From Giardia intestinalis (Eukaryota), in NCBI GenBank assembly GCA_000002435.2, contig CM018791.1: a stretch of 64,000 nt of DNA; one strand, 5' to 3'. Shown here piece after piece: positions 9,255 to 19,100 of the stretch. Positions within the stretch are counted from its first letter, which is position 1, and every line of letters begins with the position of its first letter. The notes beneath the pieces were generated by a model, which did not search any database, had not been told where the DNA came from, and saw nothing but the letters and a program-made list of their open reading frames with translations. A program made the translations under genes and the position numbers.

Positions 9255-10556
9255 ATGATTTACCTGGACAACCAGGCCACTACGGCTATCGACCCCCGCG
9301 TGTTAGCTAAGATGGTCCCGTACATGACCACAAACTTTGCTAATGTTCACTCTACGCACCGTCTGGGGCGCTCTCTCCGAAAGGTTGTTGAGAAGGCCAG
9401 GGAGCAGGTTGCCGGGGCGATAGGTGCCGCGCCCGGGGAGATCATATTCACTAGCGGTGCAACAGAGTCTAATAATATTGCGCTCAAGGGGGTTTGTCAC
9501 TTCTACGGTGATGACAAGCCGCATCTAGCAATTTCCCGGATCGAGCACAAGTGTGTCCTTGAGTCCGCGCGGAAGCTGGAGTCAGAGGGATTTAAGCTTC
9601 ACTGGATAGATGTAGACGACGAGGGACTTGTCAAGTTGGACCAGCTCCAGGACCTCCTGAAGACCTACTACGACCCCGAGGAGGAGGAGTCGAAGGTGGC
9701 CATTGTGAGCATCATGGCTGCGAACAATGAGATTGGGACCATCCAGGATTTGGGGGCCATTGGTAAGGTCTGCGAGCAATACGAGACGCTGTTTCACACC
9801 GATGCAGCGCAGGCCCTCGGCAAGATACCTCTGGATGTGGTCAGAGACAAGATTGATCTGATGAGTCTCTCGGGGCACAAGATTTATGGGCCCAAAGGCG
9901 TGGGTGCCTTGTACATAAAGAGAACCGATGAAAAGAGAGTCCACCTGGACCCCGTGTTCAGCGGGGGCGGCCAAGAAGGTGGGATCCGTAGCGGAACTCT
10001 CCCAGTTTTCCTGGTGGTTGGTATGGGTGAGGCGGCAGAGCTTGCACAGAAGGAGATGAAGAAGGACGCCCTCCACTACAAGAGCCTCTTTGAGATTGCC
10101 AGGGAGAAGCTGCTCTCCCTTCCTTCTGTGAGGCTTAATGGGCCGTTTCCAGAGGACGCGATTCTAGCAGACAAGACAAAAGGCGCTCAAAAGTCTCAGA
10201 AGAAGGAGCCCTTCAGTAAGAAGCGCATTCTTAACAACATGAACATCAGCTTTTTCGGGGTAGAAGGGGAGTCTCTGATGCTTGGATTGGATGATGCCAT
10301 TTGCATGTCCAGCGGAAGCGCCTGCACGTCTCAGTCCCTCGAGCCCAGCCATGTTCTGTTTGCGCTAGGGCTGGACCCAGAGTTTGCTCATACGGCTGTG
10401 CGACTGGGGACATCACGATTTACTACGGAGGCAGAGTTCCGCCGGGCATGCGATCTCATAGCGAAGCAGGTCGCCCATCTCAGGGATCTTTCGCCTCTCT
10501 GGGAGATGACTCAGAAGGGGATCGATACAAAGAGCATAGAGTGGAAGCATGACTAG
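9255..10556 (+). CDS. iscS: Cysteine desulfurase IscS/NFS1 (Fe-S cluster assembly; mitosomal in Giardia)
   Basis: PLP-lysine region SGHKIYGPKGVGALYIKR, active-site loop MSSGSACTSQSLEPSHVL, and full-length class-V aminotransferase-like organisation. ATG behind ttattttttaATG. Confidence 0.9.
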   Translation: MIYLDNQATTAIDPRVLAKMVPYMTTNFANVHSTHRLGRSLRKVVEKAREQVAGAIGAAPGEIIFTSGATESNNIALKGVCHFYGDDKPHLAISRIEHKCVLESARKLESEGFKLHWIDVDDEGLVKLDQLQDLLKTYYDPEEEESKVAIVSIMAANNEIGTIQDLGAIGKVCEQYETLFHTDAAQALGKIPLDVVRDKIDLMSLSGHKIYGPKGVGALYIKRTDEKRVHLDPVFSGGGQEGGIRSGTLPVFLVVGMGEAAELAQKEMKKDALHYKSLFEIAREKLLSLPSVRLNGPFPEDAILADKTKGAQKSQKKEPFSKKRILNNMNISFFGVEGESLMLGLDDAICMSSGSACTSQSLEPSHVLFALGLDPEFAHTAVRLGTSRFTTEAEFRRACDLIAKQVAHLRDLSPLWEMTQKGIDTKSIEWKHD

Positions 10557-10561
10557 CATGC

Positions 10562-11332
10562 TCACACCACTTCACCACCTTCATTGTCTGATTCATTGGC
10601 AAACGTAGCGAATCCCCTAATGGAGCCCAGTAAGCGAAACTTCGCCAGTGACGTCTCGTTGACCCCTAAAATCTGTCCGTGGTCAGTATCCTCGTTCATT
10701 AGAAGGCGGATTGTGTGGGAGCTCACCGTTTTCTTGCTGGAACCAAGCGCCCTGCGTTCATATTTGTTAAGATTGGACGCCAGCGCAGCCAGTTCCAGCT
10801 TTTCTACAGAGGGGGGTGAAGCAGCTGCGGATGTTGCGTCTTCGCATAGTAGGGGGTAGCAGCGATATGGCTGCAAGTCCATGGATAGCTCCAGTCGTAC
10901 AACCTCTCGGCTGAGCATCCGCATGTAGTCACCGGCCCCGACTGGTTTGTTGCCGGTCATGAGGGGGCTTGCGTATGAATAAATTGGAGCTTGGAGTAGG
11001 AAGACCCGCCTAGGGGAGGCTATCGATGAGCCAAAAATGAGCGCGACCGTCACGTAGAGGCGGGAGGTCCGCAACGTGGGGAGGAGCCTCTCCACTGTCT
11101 CTGCGAGGCGGCCTCTGCAGGAGCGCAAGGAAGCGTGAAACTGACGCATTTGCCGCCCGACAGCCCTATCGGTTGAAGGTATCTGCCCCGCCGCCTCCAG
11201 AGCTGGATCGATCAGGACAGGAACCTGGCCGGTCACATATAGCAGGTATGCTGTCAAGCTGGCAACCAGATCAGGATACACTTCCGCGGGTATCGCGTTT
11301 TTCAGGGGAAGGGTGCTTGTGTGCTGGTCCAT
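10562..11332 (-). CDS. Hypothetical protein
   Basis: The track ORF begins at a GTG (11401). The first ATG, 11332, sits behind tttattctatttcATGg. No recognisable domain. It converges on iscS, with stops 5 bp apart. Confidence 0.4.
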   Translation of the reverse strand: MDQHTSTLPLKNAIPAEVYPDLVASLTAYLLYVTGQVPVLIDPALEAAGQIPSTDRAVGRQMRQFHASLRSCRGRLAETVERLLPTLRTSRLYVTVALIFGSSIASPRRVFLLQAPIYSYASPLMTGNKPVGAGDYMRMLSREVVRLELSMDLQPYRCYPLLCEDATSAAASPPSVEKLELAALASNLNKYERRALGSSKKTVSSHTIRLLMNEDTDHGQILGVNETSLAKFRLLGSIRGFATFANESDNEGGEVV

Positions 11333-11894
11333 GAAATAGAATAAACTCAGACAGAGCAGGATAGGGACAGGGACTAGGTTCCTTGCGCGGAGCAGCTGCA
11401 CGTGGCCAGGCTAGGATGGAGGGCAAGAGAAGGAGATGGCGTTACTTGTGAGAATCCTAACCGCAGCGCTCAAAATGCTATGTGTAAAGGGAAGGCCTAG
11501 CCATTCGTGTGGCACAGTCCTCGGACATCAGGATCCTCTGGAGCAACAGCCCATCCACATGTAAACTATGCTCGAGCTGTTCTATCACCACACAAAGTTT
11601 TTTGAGTAGTAGGTGTCCACGATTGAAAAGCGCGATGCCATATTTCTTCATAAATGCTATCACTGTACGGTGATAAAACGGGTATAATAGTGCGTGGTAA
11701 TGTCACAAGTGCTACATAGTTCTATGTTTACAGGAATATTTATTCGGAGCTTGGAAGTTTGTTACAATATTTATCGAAGCATTCCTCCGTCAGGTAGCTT
11801 AGCAGGGTTGGACTTAAGGATTGTGGTCTTGGTGATTCCGCTTAGCAGTGTATAGGCTTCCAATAAAGGAGTGTAATTTTATATAAAATCGCGG

Positions 11895-13943
11895 ATGATT
11901 AACACTTTGCTATATTTGAGCTTATCGTCAGCAGCTAACGTTGAGACGGAACCCCTGCGCAACTCGCCCTATCAGAACGGATTTGGGATAAGCTGTTCGT
12001 CGTCTGTAATGATAGCAGACTGCCAGCAGATGAAGTGTCTTCCCACGGGGCGGTACATTACGGTTTGCTCCTTGTGTAGGACAGGATTGGTCCCCATAAA
12101 TGGGGTGTGCGTCAATCAAACTACTGCGCATGACTACGGAGACATAAGTGTCTGTCAAAAGAATGATGAAACAAATCCCACCCATTGTATCTCTTGTTCG
12201 AAGAACGGGTCCTCCAATAATTATTTTCTCTTCTACGGAGGATGCTATCTTGCTACCCGGTGGCCTGGTAATAGCTATTGTCTGTCGGCATCTAATGGAG
12301 TTTGCACCAGTTGCAACACCAACGCCAAGATGGTCTTCACCAATCCTAACACTACCGCACAAGAGAAGTGCATCCTCTGCTCAGACAACATCGGCTTTGG
12401 TGGTTCAAAGGGTATCCAGGGCTGTGCGGATTGTATGAACAGAAACTCTGCTGGTTCCACGGACATTCAGTGCTTGCGCTGCAAGGCTTACGATACTGCG
12501 CCAATTGACGACGCGTGCATACCCTTTGGCCGGCACACCTGCGCAGATGGGCACTGCACTCGTTGTTACAAGACTCACATTTTCCATCTGGGCGGCTGCT
12601 TTACACGGGGAGGGCCGCGAGCAGAGGCTGTCTGTGCTAGCAACAACCAGTTTGAGATAGGCGACTATTCGGCATGCAAAGCCTGCGTCAACACCAGCGA
12701 GGCGCCAGACCAGGGGAACTGTAAAAAACACTCTGAGCAGAACAAGTGCACGAAGAGCTCGACTGGAAGTTGCTCAGATTGTCTTCATAGCAACCCCGGT
12801 TCAACGTTCCTATTCTATGGGGGCTGCTATGATGCGACTGATGTTCCCGGAAGGCTGATCTGCAGTACCTCAAGCGGAGGCTCTTGTACTAGTGTCGTTA
12901 ACAACTCAGGTGTATACTTGAACGGTAGGGCCTGCTACTTTTGTAATGACACAGCTAACGGTGGGATCTCCAACTGCCTCACTTGCTCTTATGAATCCAA
13001 CGCGGTGGTGTGTAGCAGATGTGGCTCTGGCACTGCTAGGTCGCTAGATGGAAGGGAGTGCCTTAGCGACTGCGTCTTTCCACTGAGAAAGTATTGCAGT
13101 AATGATGTTTGTATTTGTGAGTGCGAGGTAGGTCATTACCTCAGTGGTAACACCTGCTTAGCGTGCCACGAGTCCTGTGCCTTTTGTACAGGGCCATCGG
13201 CGGACCAGTGTGAGGCGTGTACGCAGGGCTGGCTTTGGCGGTACGATGAGAACAATCACTTGACCTGCGTTGGCGTTGACGGTTGCGGGGACGGGTTCTA
13301 TCCGGACGTGGCCGAGTCTGCCTGTATGCCGTGTGATATTAACAGGTGCAAGACATGTGTGAAGCAAAGCAACGTGCTCTGTACCGAGTGCTCTACTGGA
13401 TACATCTCACTGAATGAAACTGTGTGTGTTGATAGCTGCGCAGGAGAGTATATGGAACCTAGCGCCACGGGAGCCAGGCGCTGCATTTGCCAGGAGGGAT
13501 ATACAAAGAACGCCGACAGTTCCAGGTGTGTACCGGTGCATCCGTGCCCCTCCGATACCAGTGGGTGTAGCAGGTGCGACAGCGCTGGGTACTGCATGAA
13601 GTGCACGAACACTGATCATGTCATTCAGCTGGGCAGAAAGTCCTGCACTAGCGAGTGTCCTCTCAATTCGTCGCCCCTGTACGAATACATATGTGTGTGC
13701 AACGAGGGGTCTGTTCTAACCAATGGTACGTGTACTATCGTGCCCACCACGACCAGTGGGGTGCCGGTTACGACAATGATTATCGCAATTGCCGTTATCG
13801 TTATCGTCGTGATCGTGGGTGTTCTCGTTGGGGTTTTGTGCTGGTACTTCCTGCGCAATAAGAGAAAGCGGTCGATTCGTCCACGCACTGTCTCCAAAAT
13901 GTCCGAGAGTATGGGGCTCGTGGGCTCAGTTGACGACTTTTAA
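11895..13943 (+). CDS. High-cysteine membrane protein (VSP-like, CXXC-rich type-I membrane protein without a CRGKA tail)
   Basis: N-terminal signal peptide, dozens of CXXC pairs, GGCY motifs (LFYGGCYLAT, LFYGGCYDATD), one C-terminal TM (IIAIAVIVIVVIVGVLVGVLCWYF) followed by a ~30-aa basic tail ending ...GSVDDF rather than CRGKA. ATG behind ttttatataaaatcgcggATG. Unusually long 5' spacer of about 560 bp (11333-11894). Confidence 0.85.
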   Translation: MINTLLYLSLSSAANVETEPLRNSPYQNGFGISCSSSVMIADCQQMKCLPTGRYITVCSLCRTGLVPINGVCVNQTTAHDYGDISVCQKNDETNPTHCISCSKNGSSNNYFLFYGGCYLATRWPGNSYCLSASNGVCTSCNTNAKMVFTNPNTTAQEKCILCSDNIGFGGSKGIQGCADCMNRNSAGSTDIQCLRCKAYDTAPIDDACIPFGRHTCADGHCTRCYKTHIFHLGGCFTRGGPRAEAVCASNNQFEIGDYSACKACVNTSEAPDQGNCKKHSEQNKCTKSSTGSCSDCLHSNPGSTFLFYGGCYDATDVPGRLICSTSSGGSCTSVVNNSGVYLNGRACYFCNDTANGGISNCLTCSYESNAVVCSRCGSGTARSLDGRECLSDCVFPLRKYCSNDVCICECEVGHYLSGNTCLACHESCAFCTGPSADQCEACTQGWLWRYDENNHLTCVGVDGCGDGFYPDVAESACMPCDINRCKTCVKQSNVLCTECSTGYISLNETVCVDSCAGEYMEPSATGARRCICQEGYTKNADSSRCVPVHPCPSDTSGCSRCDSAGYCMKCTNTDHVIQLGRKSCTSECPLNSSPLYEYICVCNEGSVLTNGTCTIVPTTTSGVPVTTMIIAIAVIVIVVIVGVLVGVLCWYFLRNKRKRSIRPRTVSKMSESMGLVGSVDDF

Positions 13944-14244
13944 TTCTATTGTTCGTCTCTTTTTGTCTATGTAAATTAATCTCTGCGAGCCCAGACAGTA
14001 GTAGCAAGGGCTCGTCTAAAGGTCCTGTTGTCTGAGCATTGATCGGCCACATGTAATGCTGGATTTACTCGTCAGCTATCTGCCTCTGTGAAGTGTCAAG
14101 CTGAGTTGTAGCTAGTTGTAGATAAATAGGCTTCATATACCTAGCCGGTCGCTGCCTCAGAGCCTTTCCAAAAGGCCTCAAGAGAAAGACCTTCTCATTG
14201 ACAGGTACTGATAGAGCAAATCGTTTCTTACCGCGAAAGCAAAA

Positions 14245-14544
14245 ATGGATGATCTGGACGTCGATTTCAACATGATACCCGAGGATGCTAAGAACCTGAG
14301 CGCATGCTCAAAGTGTCACTACGTAATGGAGAACCGGCAGTGGCGCTCGATCGATGGATGTCCAAATTGTAAGGAAGAGCGCGACACCCTCCGATTCCAA
14401 GGTGCAGTCGCTCTTCTTACCATGAACGACAAAGATTCATACATTCTTAGGCTTCTCCGAGCTAATTACAACGCTGAGCCAAGGATACCGGGGATATACG
14501 CCATCACGCTAGTAAGGCGTGCGTCTGCCGAAGAAGACGAGTAA
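14245..14544 (+). CDS. SPT4: Transcription elongation factor Spt4 (DSIF small subunit, zinc ribbon)
   Basis: 99 aa. CxxC...CxxC (LSACSKCHYV ... IDGCPNCK) followed by FQGAVALLTMNDKDSYI and IPGIYAITLV, which align to the Spt4 segments FDGIIAMMSPEDSWV and KPGVYAVSV. ATG behind gcgaaagcaaaaATG. AGTAAAT overlaps the stop. Confidence 0.65.
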   Translation: MDDLDVDFNMIPEDAKNLSACSKCHYVMENRQWRSIDGCPNCKEERDTLRFQGAVALLTMNDKDSYILRLLRANYNAEPRIPGIYAITLVRRASAEEDE

Positions 14545-14556
14545 ATGATAATCTGT

Positions 14557-15285
14557 TCACGTGCCGTGCTCTTGGTGATATTCCTCTATCTCTTGGTTCG
14601 TCAGTAAAGGAATGCTCGCCCCTCCAAGGGTCATTGAAAAAGACGAAAGGTCAATCATCGCCCTGTACATCGAGAGCGCGCTCATCCCAATAAGCGTGTC
14701 GCAGACAGAGTCCAGGACTGCAAAGTTCATCGGTAAGAAAATATCTCCACACTGCATCAGGCAAATGTGGATTCTTCCGAGCATCCGAGTCGAGCCCACC
14801 CCAATCGCGCGCCCCGCATAACGGGTATCTATGTGGCCCTCTAGCCCACACGCACGCGCTGTTTTGCGGCCCATGGAGTTGAACTCTGCGCCCGTGTCGA
14901 TAACGCAGACGACCGGAGTCCCATTGATGGAGACGCGGATGTACAGAGATGGAACCGCGTTGACTAGGAGTCCTGGATAGTACTTGTTGATCTCAATGAG
15001 GTCCTGGTACACCTGCTCCGGGACCCCCGTCTGTTCCTGGGAAGAGGTGTCCCCGGATATACTGTAGAGCAGTGTAGACTTTTCCGGGATGCTTGAAAGC
15101 ACGGTCTCATCCCGGAGAACGCGGCCCTTGAACCAGAGAGCTGCCCCGGGGCCCGGTGGCGCGAACCCGTACTCTGACGCCAGGTGTGCGAGCAGCTGCC
15201 CCGCGCGTGCCCGCACATCGACAAGGGCCTCCACAGCAACGTCTTCTGCGAGCCGGACGTGATAAAGGAGCGCGGGAGGGGCCAT
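14557..15285 (-). CDS. DDI1: DDI1-like aspartyl protease (ubiquitin-like N-terminus plus retropepsin RVP domain)
   Basis: RVP core VCVIDTGAEFNSMG (D-T-G-A) and flap/dimer segment IGMSALSMYRAMIDL. The N-terminal ~94 aa of the track ORF (14557..15567) is R/S/P-rich, overlaps the peroxiredoxin gene and has no support. The start is reset to the internal ATG 15285 (MAPPALLYHVRL, UBL-like). Confidence 0.75.
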   Translation of the reverse strand: MAPPALLYHVRLAEDVAVEALVDVRARAGQLLAHLASEYGFAPPGPGAALWFKGRVLRDETVLSSIPEKSTLLYSISGDTSSQEQTGVPEQVYQDLIEINKYYPGLLVNAVPSLYIRVSINGTPVVCVIDTGAEFNSMGRKTARACGLEGHIDTRYAGRAIGVGSTRMLGRIHICLMQCGDIFLPMNFAVLDSVCDTLIGMSALSMYRAMIDLSSFSMTLGGASIPLLTNQEIEEYHQEHGT

Positions 15286-15331
15286 GGCGGTGTCCGAAAA
15301 ATACGAAAGGGACAGAAATTCACTACACCAC

Positions 15332-15937
15332 TTACTTCTTGAACGTCTTGGAGAAGTACTCCTTCTTCTTCTCGGGGTCGGGGATGATAGTGTCGTTCTT
15401 CTCGGGGGTCCAGCCGCACGGGATGACGCCGCCGGTTTTATCAGCGTACTGGAAGGCCTGGACCAGGCGCATGGCCTCCTCCACCGAGCGACCCACTGGA
15501 AGATCGTTGATCGTGACGTGGCGAACGACGCCCTTGTCAGAGACGATGAACATCCCGCGGAGCGCAATGCCGGCGTCCTCGACCAGAACGCCGAAGTCGC
15601 GGGCCATCTTGTGGTTCGTGTCGGCGAAGAGGTCGCACTTGCACGTCCCGATGCCGCCCTCGTTCTGGCCCTGGAGGCACCAGGCGTAGTGGCTGTAGAC
15701 GGAGTCCGTCGAGCCGATGATGATCTCCGCGTTGCACTTCTTCTTCAGCTGCTCAGCCAGATTCGAGAAGTGGATGATCTCCGAGGGGCAGACGAAGGTG
15801 AAGTCGAGCGGGTAGAAGAAGACAATCAGGTACTTGCCCTTGTAGTCAGAGAGCTTGCGCTTGGCGAACTTAAGCTCAGGGGTGACGACGTCGACCTCGA
15901 AGTCGGGGCAGGGCGTGCCGGGGATGGGGACGGGCAT
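15332..15937 (-). CDS. Typical 2-Cys peroxiredoxin (thioredoxin peroxidase)
   Basis: FYPLDFTFVCPSEI peroxidatic-Cys motif and resolving-Cys region GGVIPCGWTP. The start is reset from the track's 16030 to ATG 15937, behind aaaattaaaATG. About 200 aa, as expected for Prx. Confidence 0.9.
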   Translation of the reverse strand: MPVPIPGTPCPDFEVDVVTPELKFAKRKLSDYKGKYLIVFFYPLDFTFVCPSEIIHFSNLAEQLKKKCNAEIIIGSTDSVYSHYAWCLQGQNEGGIGTCKCDLFADTNHKMARDFGVLVEDAGIALRGMFIVSDKGVVRHVTINDLPVGRSVEEAMRLVQAFQYADKTGGVIPCGWTPEKNDTIIPDPEKKKEYFSKTFKK

Positions 15938-16185
15938 TTTAATTTTTACCGAGTCCTGTGATATATTGTAATAACCAGAACTCGAGCTTGTGGAAATAGA
16001 AAAAAGATGACACCACCGGCAGTCTGGCAAAAGTCTAAGACTTTGCTATCCAACAAATCACCAAAAGAAGGACACTCTTTTTGACTGATAGTTTTTTCAA
16101 ATGAGGAAGGAGGTTGGTCTGTGTGCGACTGCTCTCACTCTGCTGGCGACTTTCGTCCCAGTCTATAGCACATGTATTTTAAAAA
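15938..16185. promoter_or_regulatory. Divergent intergenic region with A/T-rich initiator-like tracts abutting both ATGs (peroxiredoxin on minus, 16186 gene on plus)
   Basis: aaaattaaaATG (minus) and catgtattttaaaaaATG (plus). Giardia Pol II initiates within such A/T tracts a few nt upstream of the ATG. Confidence 0.45.
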
Positions 16186-19100
16186 ATGTTCGGCTATATT
16201 ACTTGTGCAACCACAGGCATCGTGTTAGATCGCCTTAAGACCGCAACGCATGTCGAGCTGCACTTCTGCATTCGCTCTTGCACAGACCCACCTAACATAA
16301 TGGCCACCTCGCCCACGGTCTTCACTCCGCTCCAGCTCAAGGACAAGCGCAAGGGCGTATACACACCAAAGATCACTGATATCACGCTGCCCATACCCCT
16401 ACTAAGCGATCTGGATGCACACGAGCTTTGTATCTCCGTTCTTCTTGCAGAGGTTGCTAAGGATGGCACCACTGCATGTGCAGACCTAGTGCATGTGTGC
16501 TCCAGAGCCACACTTGCAGAGATCCTGGCTGGCCGAACTGTAGAAGAAACAGCTCCTTTCAGCAGCCCAGCTGCTTCACCCTGCACAGACCATATTAAAC
16601 TGTCGCTCTCCTACCGCAAGCCGCTGAGAAAGGCAAACAGTGCAGCGTACGAGTGTCTACGGCTCGACACGCTCTTTATTCAATTAGCCGATATTACGCT
16701 TCCCCTCAGCAAGAGAAGCTATCTAGATGAGCAGCGGCTGTGTCTCCGTGTGTGTACCCAGACGTATGCATCGGAGTTCCCACTAGCTGAGCTTCCCAGG
16801 GATCACTCTACTAAGAGGAGCTACCAGCTGGCCTCTCCGGTACCCATTTCCATTCCCTACTCTCCTGTGATAACCTTTCAGGTTGTCTTTTTGTATAGCG
16901 TAACAGTCTCTGAAACATTTTTCCGGCTGAACGGTCTCCAGGTAGGATCGCCCTCTGCCAATTCCCACAGCTTTTGTGATTACGTGCCTATCTTTCAGTG
17001 CTCAATCAGCAGCAAGAAGAATTTATATAAGTATCAGTCTTTTGGTGTTCCGCTCTCCCTCTGCTTTCCCCCGAGTCTTATATCCTCTGACTTGGTGTCC
17101 TTTTATGACGTCATCTGTGCGTCCCTTCAATTGGCTGCAGACTCCACTCACAAGAAGGCTCCCCGGAGCCTCACAGACCTCTTAGGACACCTTAAGGAGG
17201 CTGTTATCCCACACATTTTTGAGGGCATCTTTCTGCGCGGTGAAGACATAGCCGATGTCTTTTCTCCTTACAGATCTACGATCACTCTCACAAACCATTC
17301 AAAGTCTGACTCTGCCCGCTTCAAGGCTTACGAGAAGATTCTTCAGTATGCAGGTCTCACTGACACACTGCTGGCAGCTGTCGGAAAGGACTGGACAGAT
17401 CTGGCCGTGAGAGTGGGGACAGAGGTTGGTTTTTCACAGAATGTTGCACAGAACAAGATTCTGTTCGTCGCCACTTTTCTTTTGGACATGTTTGAGCCAT
17501 ACTCTTCGTCTGCAGCAAAGCGCAACGATACCATGTACCCTGACTCCACATCAGTATCGACGCCAGGCCTCTCCGAGTCATCTTCTTTCCAACGCTTTGA
17601 GTCCCTTAATTGTGCGTCGCGGGCCCGTGACATGCTCTATGCGTTTTCGTCTAAGCGGCAGGATAAAGATGCGGCAGCCTCGTGTCTCACGATTCTTCCA
17701 ATTGAGTTTTCCTTAGCAAATGCATTAGTATCCAATAAGGTGTGCATTTACACCATCAACTTTTCCGAAGATGGCACAGATGCCAACCAAACCTTTCATG
17801 ACGCTGCCCCCATAGTCATGTCAAAGCCCGAGCTATCTGGGAGCAATCGGGGTCTCTGGCAGTTCACTTTGGAGGAAAGAAGAGATAAGGCGCAGATGAT
17901 AGCTGTCGGGCCTGTACTTAGCGCTACTCAATCGAAGGTGTCCATAAACCGCGTTCTGCTAGGATGTAAGAACAACGCAGAGCTCACCTTTGCTAACTAT
18001 CTTTGGATGCTGCCGCAAGTCCTCTTTCTTCCCGATTCTGTTTCCTCCCAGCAGATGATCCGCGATCGCGTAACAGCGTTCGAAAAGTGCGTCCTTATAG
18101 CATGTCTCTATGACTTTGAGACCGGCGCACTCCTTGCCCGTGGAAGCCTACGATTAAAGAATGTCACTGATACCTTTATTTCAGCCGCAACATCTGATCT
18201 GGACGTCGAAATAAAGCTACGGTGGTTCTATGAACAGGAGTTTTCATCATCCGTTAAGGGGGTCGAGGACACGGTTACATTTTTAGCAAGTTGCTACGGG
18301 TTTCTGAAGGAGTTGGAGCCTGCTGGTTCTCCGCATCAATCTACTCATACCTCAGCGAATGTATCCATCTGTGGCAAGAACAGTGCATGCCTGGTCACCG
18401 CTGAAAACTCTAATAGACCGACGTCTGCGCCTTCCTCTATCCACGCAGAGGCTGCCAACTGTTCGCTGGTGCGCGAAAATTCTCCAGACTGCCCCGAAGA
18501 CTTAAGTACTATTGAGTATGTTCGAGCCCAAGCGGAACCCCGACAATTCACAGAGCGGAGCGAGATAGTGAGCCAGGATGACAAGGGACTACGCACTCCT
18601 CGACTCTTATCAGGAAAGGAGATAGAGATTATTGACGGAACTATTACGTTTCAGCTTGCACCCAGTCAGAGGCAAAGTACATCAGGACCGGTCTGTGGCA
18701 TCCCTAACAACACGAAAGACGAGATAGGTGTACTCAAACAATTAATACATACGTTGCGGAAGGACCTAGATCGGCTCACTCCCAAAACCTTTAGACAAGC
18801 GGTTGCTGCAAGCCCCTCGACATACGCTGGCCTAGAGCATCCGATTTCGGAGGATCTGCGACGGAAAGTGGAGGTCTCCACCGGCTTGGTGATGCAAGAG
18901 GAAGGCACCACATATGAATTATGTCAAACAATAGCTGAAAAGTTGGATCGAAATATCCTAGCATATCTGTTAGTGGATATGGTCAAGCAGAATGTCCAGC
19001 TAAGTAAGGAGCTTGATGGTACCAGAGACAAGATCGATGTTTTGGAGAGCGCCTGTACTACAAATGGTGCGGCGCTATCTAAATTGAAGGCCCTAGTACT

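Noticed and set aside
11895-13943. Calling the cysteine-rich gene a variant-specific surface protein (VSP)
   Set aside because: CXXC and GGCY motifs and a single TM are present, but the C-terminus is a ~30-aa basic tail ending GSVDDF, not the invariant CRGKA pentapeptide. It is therefore classed as an HCMP.
13944-14244. Possible small RNA or terminator hairpin (cgagccc-15 nt-gggctcg) in the HCMP 3' spacer
   Set aside because: A single 7-bp inverted repeat is expected by chance in 300 bp. No box C/D or H/ACA motifs were recognised.
15156-15961. Plus-strand ORFs of 177 and 225 aa antisense to the peroxiredoxin and DDI1 genes
   Set aside because: Their composition is Arg/Ala/Gly-rich, typical of GC-skewed antisense frames. 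They are fully contained in well-supported minus-strand genes with clear family motifs.
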